Shown: in pieces, positions 26,354-29,654 of the stretch
How positions within the stretch are numbered: position 1 is the first letter of the stretch
Layout: each line of letters begins with the position of its first letter
Assembly (NCBI GenBank): GCA_011364905.1
Contig: RDNZ01000036.1
Span: forward strand, 1-29,654
Origin: Candidatus Thorarchaeota archaeon
GTDB lineage: Archaea > Asgardarchaeota > Thorarchaeia > Thorarchaeales > Thorarchaeaceae
DNA: 29,654 nucleotides
Direction of reading: 5' to 3'
Translations under genes and position numbers: made by a program
The notes under the pieces: model-generated
Database searches by the model: none
Seen by the model: only the letters and a program-made list of their open reading frames with translations
What the model was told of the DNA's origin: nothing

Positions 26354-27711
26354 TATAAACCCGCCTCCACGTGGTCCTGTTTGAGGGTTTCGAAGTCCGG
26401 ATCTATGTCAATGTTCCTTAGGATAAAGGCGGCTATTAGAAGGAAAGGTGCAAACACGGGTCCCCACCACATGAGTCCCATCAGCTCGCTCCCGCTCAGG
26501 ATGACTGATAGCTGCATGAATCCACCAAGAAGCAGACTCGAGGCTGCCTGGAACATGTTCAGTGGCACGCCAATAAAACCAGCATAGATTCCCGCGCGGC
26601 TCTCTCCAGTGACGATCTCATCCACCTGAGCAATGTCTGCGGGAACGACATAGCTCATGAGGTAGTAGATTGCCATCCCTGTGCCTATCGGGACAAAGAA
26701 CAGGATTGCAGCCAAGGTGTAGCCAATGACAGTCCCTATGCCACGAAGGAATGGAGTCAGGGGTAGCGATACAAAGAGGATCACAAGTCCAAGAATGAGT
26801 GACCTCCTCTTCCCCAACCTTCTGATGCCTGTCAACCAGATATAGAAGAAGATAATCGTCGAGACGAGCATGGCAAGCGCAGCTGGAGCAAGTTTTCCGA
26901 TGGTATTAAGGAGCATCACCTGTTGGAGGAAACCCACAAGCGACTGGTTTATGGCAATCAGTGTGAATGAGAGAAAGCCCACAACAAAGGTCCACCCAAG
27001 AAAGGTATGATTTCCAATAGCAATACGGGTCTCTTCTCCTAAACGGCGTTCAATTGGCGCAATCCCAGGTTTCGCTCTGATGACTAACATTGATGGCAGC
27101 AGGAAAATAAGCGTGATGACGCAGAACAGGAGGAGGATGTTGAGACCTGTCTCGCTTAATTGCTGCGGGGGTCCTGGAATAAACAACAGAGGAGTCATGA
27201 AGCCCATGATGCCTCCCGCAGAGTCTGCAGCAAAGTTGAAGGTGTTCAAGAATCCCGACACCAGAGGTCTCTCATCTTCATCAGTGATCTCGGGCAGCCA
27301 TGCTTGATGTACAGTCATCACAAAGGCATAGAAGAACTTGAAGAGGCACAGAAAGATGGTGCAATAGGCGAAGAGAAGCAGCTCAAGGGCCGGATTGGCT
27401 GTGTTGATGAACCAGTTGGGCACAAAGAGAAGAAACGCAGAGATCGCTATGCCTGGTGTTCCCACTATGATGAATGGTCTTCTCCTTCCCCATCTGCTCA
27501 CTAGACTGTCGCTGTAGTAGCCGGTGAACCAGTGGGTCAGTCCTATGACAACATATGATGAAGCGACAGCGATGCCATTCAGAAACCAGTTTAGCTGAAA
27601 ACTGGTCCCATAGACATAGAACGCTGTCATCGTTATCATAGTCATCAGAAAGGAGGGTCCGAACCTTCCCATTGAGTATCCTATTTTCTTTGGCAGAGAG
27701 AGCATAACCAT
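26353..27711 (-). CDS. MFS transporter, GPH/MelB-like family
   Basis: GYYSD...SRWGRRRPFI, AWLPEI...ER, DIAQVDE..TGESRAGIY; about 12 TM; 1-bp stop/start overlap with the esterase. Confidence 0.9.
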   Translation of the reverse strand: MVMLSLPKKIGYSMGRFGPSFLMTMITMTAFYVYGTSFQLNWFLNGIAVASSYVVIGLTHWFTGYYSDSLVSRWGRRRPFIIVGTPGIAISAFLLFVPNWFINTANPALELLLFAYCTIFLCLFKFFYAFVMTVHQAWLPEITDEDERPLVSGFLNTFNFAADSAGGIMGFMTPLLFIPGPPQQLSETGLNILLLFCVITLIFLLPSMLVIRAKPGIAPIERRLGEETRIAIGNHTFLGWTFVVGFLSFTLIAINQSLVGFLQQVMLLNTIGKLAPAALAMLVSTIIFFYIWLTGIRRLGKRRSLILGLVILFVSLPLTPFLRGIGTVIGYTLAAILFFVPIGTGMAIYYLMSYVVPADIAQVDEIVTGESRAGIYAGFIGVPLNMFQAASSLLLGGFMQLSVILSGSELMGLMWWGPVFAPFLLIAAFILRNIDIDPDFETLKQDHVEAGL

Positions 27712-27868
27712 CTTTCATCACATACAAGAACCTAATATTGAATCTAGTGCCTCAAAGATTCCATGCCCTCAGTTATTGAGAAACAGCCTTCGATGTGACC
27801 TGTAACAATCTATTTGTATCTCGGAGCATATTTGGCGGATAACCCATTCGTGATGGGTTGGAGGTACT

Positions 27869-29170
27869 TTGGCCTTGGAGGTTTCAGTTTCAGCAAAGCA
27901 GATTGTCCCCTCCGCGACATTGGCGATTAACGAGCTTATCACTGCCTTGAGGGAACAAGGCGAACACATCTATCACATGGGCTTTGGTGAGTCTCCCTTT
28001 CCGGTTCATACCCTCATTCGAAAGGCCCTCTGTGAAAACTCATGGCGTCAGAAATATCTGCCAACTCAAGGCATCATTGAACTGCGTGAGGAGATTTGCA
28101 GCTTCTACAAGAAGATGTTCGACATGCCAAGCTCACCTAGTCAGATCGTGGTCGGCCCTGGCAGCAAGCCCCTCATGTTCGCAGCCCTTACCGCCCTTGA
28201 TGGTCCAATCTTCCTGCCAGCGCCTTCATGGGTCAGCTATCAACACATGGGTCATTTCCTCTCGCGAGAGGTTCACAATATTGTGACCAACTCTGCGAAC
28301 TGCTATCGACTGGAACCAGAGTCGCTAGAAAACTCTCTCAGAGAACATGCTCCAGACCGAAGGCAACAGAAAGTGCTGGTGTTGAACTATCCCTGCAATC
28401 CCACCGGACACACCTTTTCAAGCCAGCAATTAAGAGAGATCACAGATATTGCACGTGAGCACAATGTCGTCATTCTGTCCGACGAGATCTATGCGCTGAT
28501 ACACTTCAGGGACCAAGAGCATCACAGCATCGCAAAGTTCTATCCTGAGGGTACACTCAGCACCAGCGGTCTCTCGAAAGACCGGTCTCTGGGCGGCTAT
28601 CGTCTGGGAACTTTACTGCTCCCTCCAGATGAGAAAGAACTTCTCCGATGTATACTTGCGTTTGGGAGTGAGATTTGGTCCAGTGTTTCAGCTCCAATCC
28701 AGTATGCTGGAATCGAGGCATACAGGACAGATACTGAGCTTATTGACTATATGCGAGATTGTGCCGTCATCCATGAACTGGTTACAAGATATGTCTATCA
28801 GCGAGTTCACGACATCGGCATCTCGTGTCCGTATCCACAAGGGGCATTCTATCTGTTTCCTGACTGGAATAGTCAACGAAACGAGCTCAAGAAAAAGGGG
28901 GTCACTACCTCTCATGAATTGGCACACTACCTTCTCAAAAACTGGTTCTTGGCAAGCCTACCTGGTTCTGAGTTTGGGATGCCTCCGACCGACCTCTCTC
29001 TAAGACTTGCCACAGTGGACTATGATGGGGCGGCTGCATACAAGACATTCCGGCGAAAGAGAAAGTCTGCTATTAAGAGTCCGGAGGCGTTTGTCGAATC
29101 GATTGCTCCATCTGTGGTAGAAGGATGTAATCAGCTTGAAAGATTCATGTCTCAACTTATTGGAGGATGA
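27869..29170 (+). CDS. PLP-dependent aminotransferase class I/II
   Basis: GFGESPF, GPGSK, PSWVSY, NYPCNPTG, SDEIY, SGLSKD (PLP lysine), GYRLG, GAFYLF. Confidence 0.93.
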   Translation: MALEVSVSAKQIVPSATLAINELITALREQGEHIYHMGFGESPFPVHTLIRKALCENSWRQKYLPTQGIIELREEICSFYKKMFDMPSSPSQIVVGPGSKPLMFAALTALDGPIFLPAPSWVSYQHMGHFLSREVHNIVTNSANCYRLEPESLENSLREHAPDRRQQKVLVLNYPCNPTGHTFSSQQLREITDIAREHNVVILSDEIYALIHFRDQEHHSIAKFYPEGTLSTSGLSKDRSLGGYRLGTLLLPPDEKELLRCILAFGSEIWSSVSAPIQYAGIEAYRTDTELIDYMRDCAVIHELVTRYVYQRVHDIGISCPYPQGAFYLFPDWNSQRNELKKKGVTTSHELAHYLLKNWFLASLPGSEFGMPPTDLSLRLATVDYDGAAAYKTFRRKRKSAIKSPEAFVESIAPSVVEGCNQLERFMSQLIGG

Positions 29171-29173
29171 ATA

Positions 29174-29654
29174 GTGGAGAAACTCATCATCACAGTAGCT
29201 CCCACCGGTTCTGTTCCCCGAAAGAAGAACACTCCACATCTGCCCACGACGCCCGATGAGATCGTAGAGACCGCCTATCGGTGTGAACAGGAAGGTGCGT
29301 CAATCATCCATGTTCACTGTCGGGACGCGAAAGAAAATCCGACCTCTGACTATCAGCTCTTTGAGGAGACCGTGAGTAAGATACGAAAACGGACCAAGCT
29401 GGTGGTCATGGTGTCAACAAGCGGGGTCGCTGGAAAGTCTGACAAGGAACGAGCAGAACCTCTGAGAACCCGGCCGGACCTAGCCAGCCTAACAGTGGGT
29501 TCCTTGACATTTACAGCACGAAAACCCTCTGTCGTATACGCAAACTCATGGGAGACCATCACATATCTTGCTCAGAGGATGCGAGAGCTAAACATCAAAC
29601 CCGAGCTCGAGTGTTTCGATATAGGATTCATACCTCAAGGGAGCCGACTCATCC
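29174..29654 (+). CDS. Beta-keto acid cleavage enzyme (BKACE/DUF849, Kce family), 5' partial
   Basis: Absent from the ORF track. GGAGG at 29162, then GTG 29174: MEKLIITVAPTG...LPTTPDEI...GASIIHVHCRD...VSTSG...PDLASLTVGS...IKPELECFD, open to the window end. Confidence 0.93.
   Translation, partial: MEKLIITVAPTGSVPRKKNTPHLPTTPDEIVETAYRCEQEGASIIHVHCRDAKENPTSDYQLFEETVSKIRKRTKLVVMVSTSGVAGKSDKERAEPLRTRPDLASLTVGSLTFTARKPSVVYANSWETITYLAQRMRELNIKPELECFDIGFIPQGSRLI

Noticed and set aside
1-29654. CRISPR arrays, tRNA/rRNA genes, transposases, integrases
   Set aside because: I recognised no repeat-spacer periodicity, cloverleaf, rRNA-like tract or recombinase motif by eye; dedicated scans were not run.

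Overview
Gene-dense archaeal-type window. It shows TATA-like boxes, frequent GTG/TTG starts and a Hef-like helicase, and the gene content (Yip1 domain, stand-alone Lrp domain, all-helical repeat proteins) resembles an Asgard archaeon such as Thorarchaeia; this taxonomy is inferred, not proven. Most of the ~32 CDS are metabolic or stress genes: VOC protein, two SAM methyltransferases, DUF362, MsrB, ICMT/PEMT-like protein, MBL-fold hydrolase, SGNH hydrolase, PaaI thioesterase, FeS-less MutY-like glycosylase, serine hydrolase, haloalkane dehalogenase, flavodoxin, GYD protein, esterase plus MFS transporter, and aminotransferase plus BKACE. The most unusual locus is ~19.26-25.57 kb. On the minus strand lie a ribbon-helix-helix (RHH) regulator and a membrane-protein gene interrupted by one in-frame TGA; both are preceded by the same tandem heptamer (GCGTATC)n. 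Divergent from them are three translationally coupled ~500-aa TPR-like paralogues, followed by a membrane-anchored surface protein with a superoxide-reductase-like His/Cys pattern. Signals the ORF track misses or does not connect: a probable second RHH-family C-terminus at the window start, a dipeptidase-like relic at ~13.9 kb, a duplicated small Cys/His protein, a 12-His C-terminal tail on a secreted Ig-like protein, and a partial BKACE gene at the window end. I recognised no rRNA, tRNA, CRISPR array or transposase.
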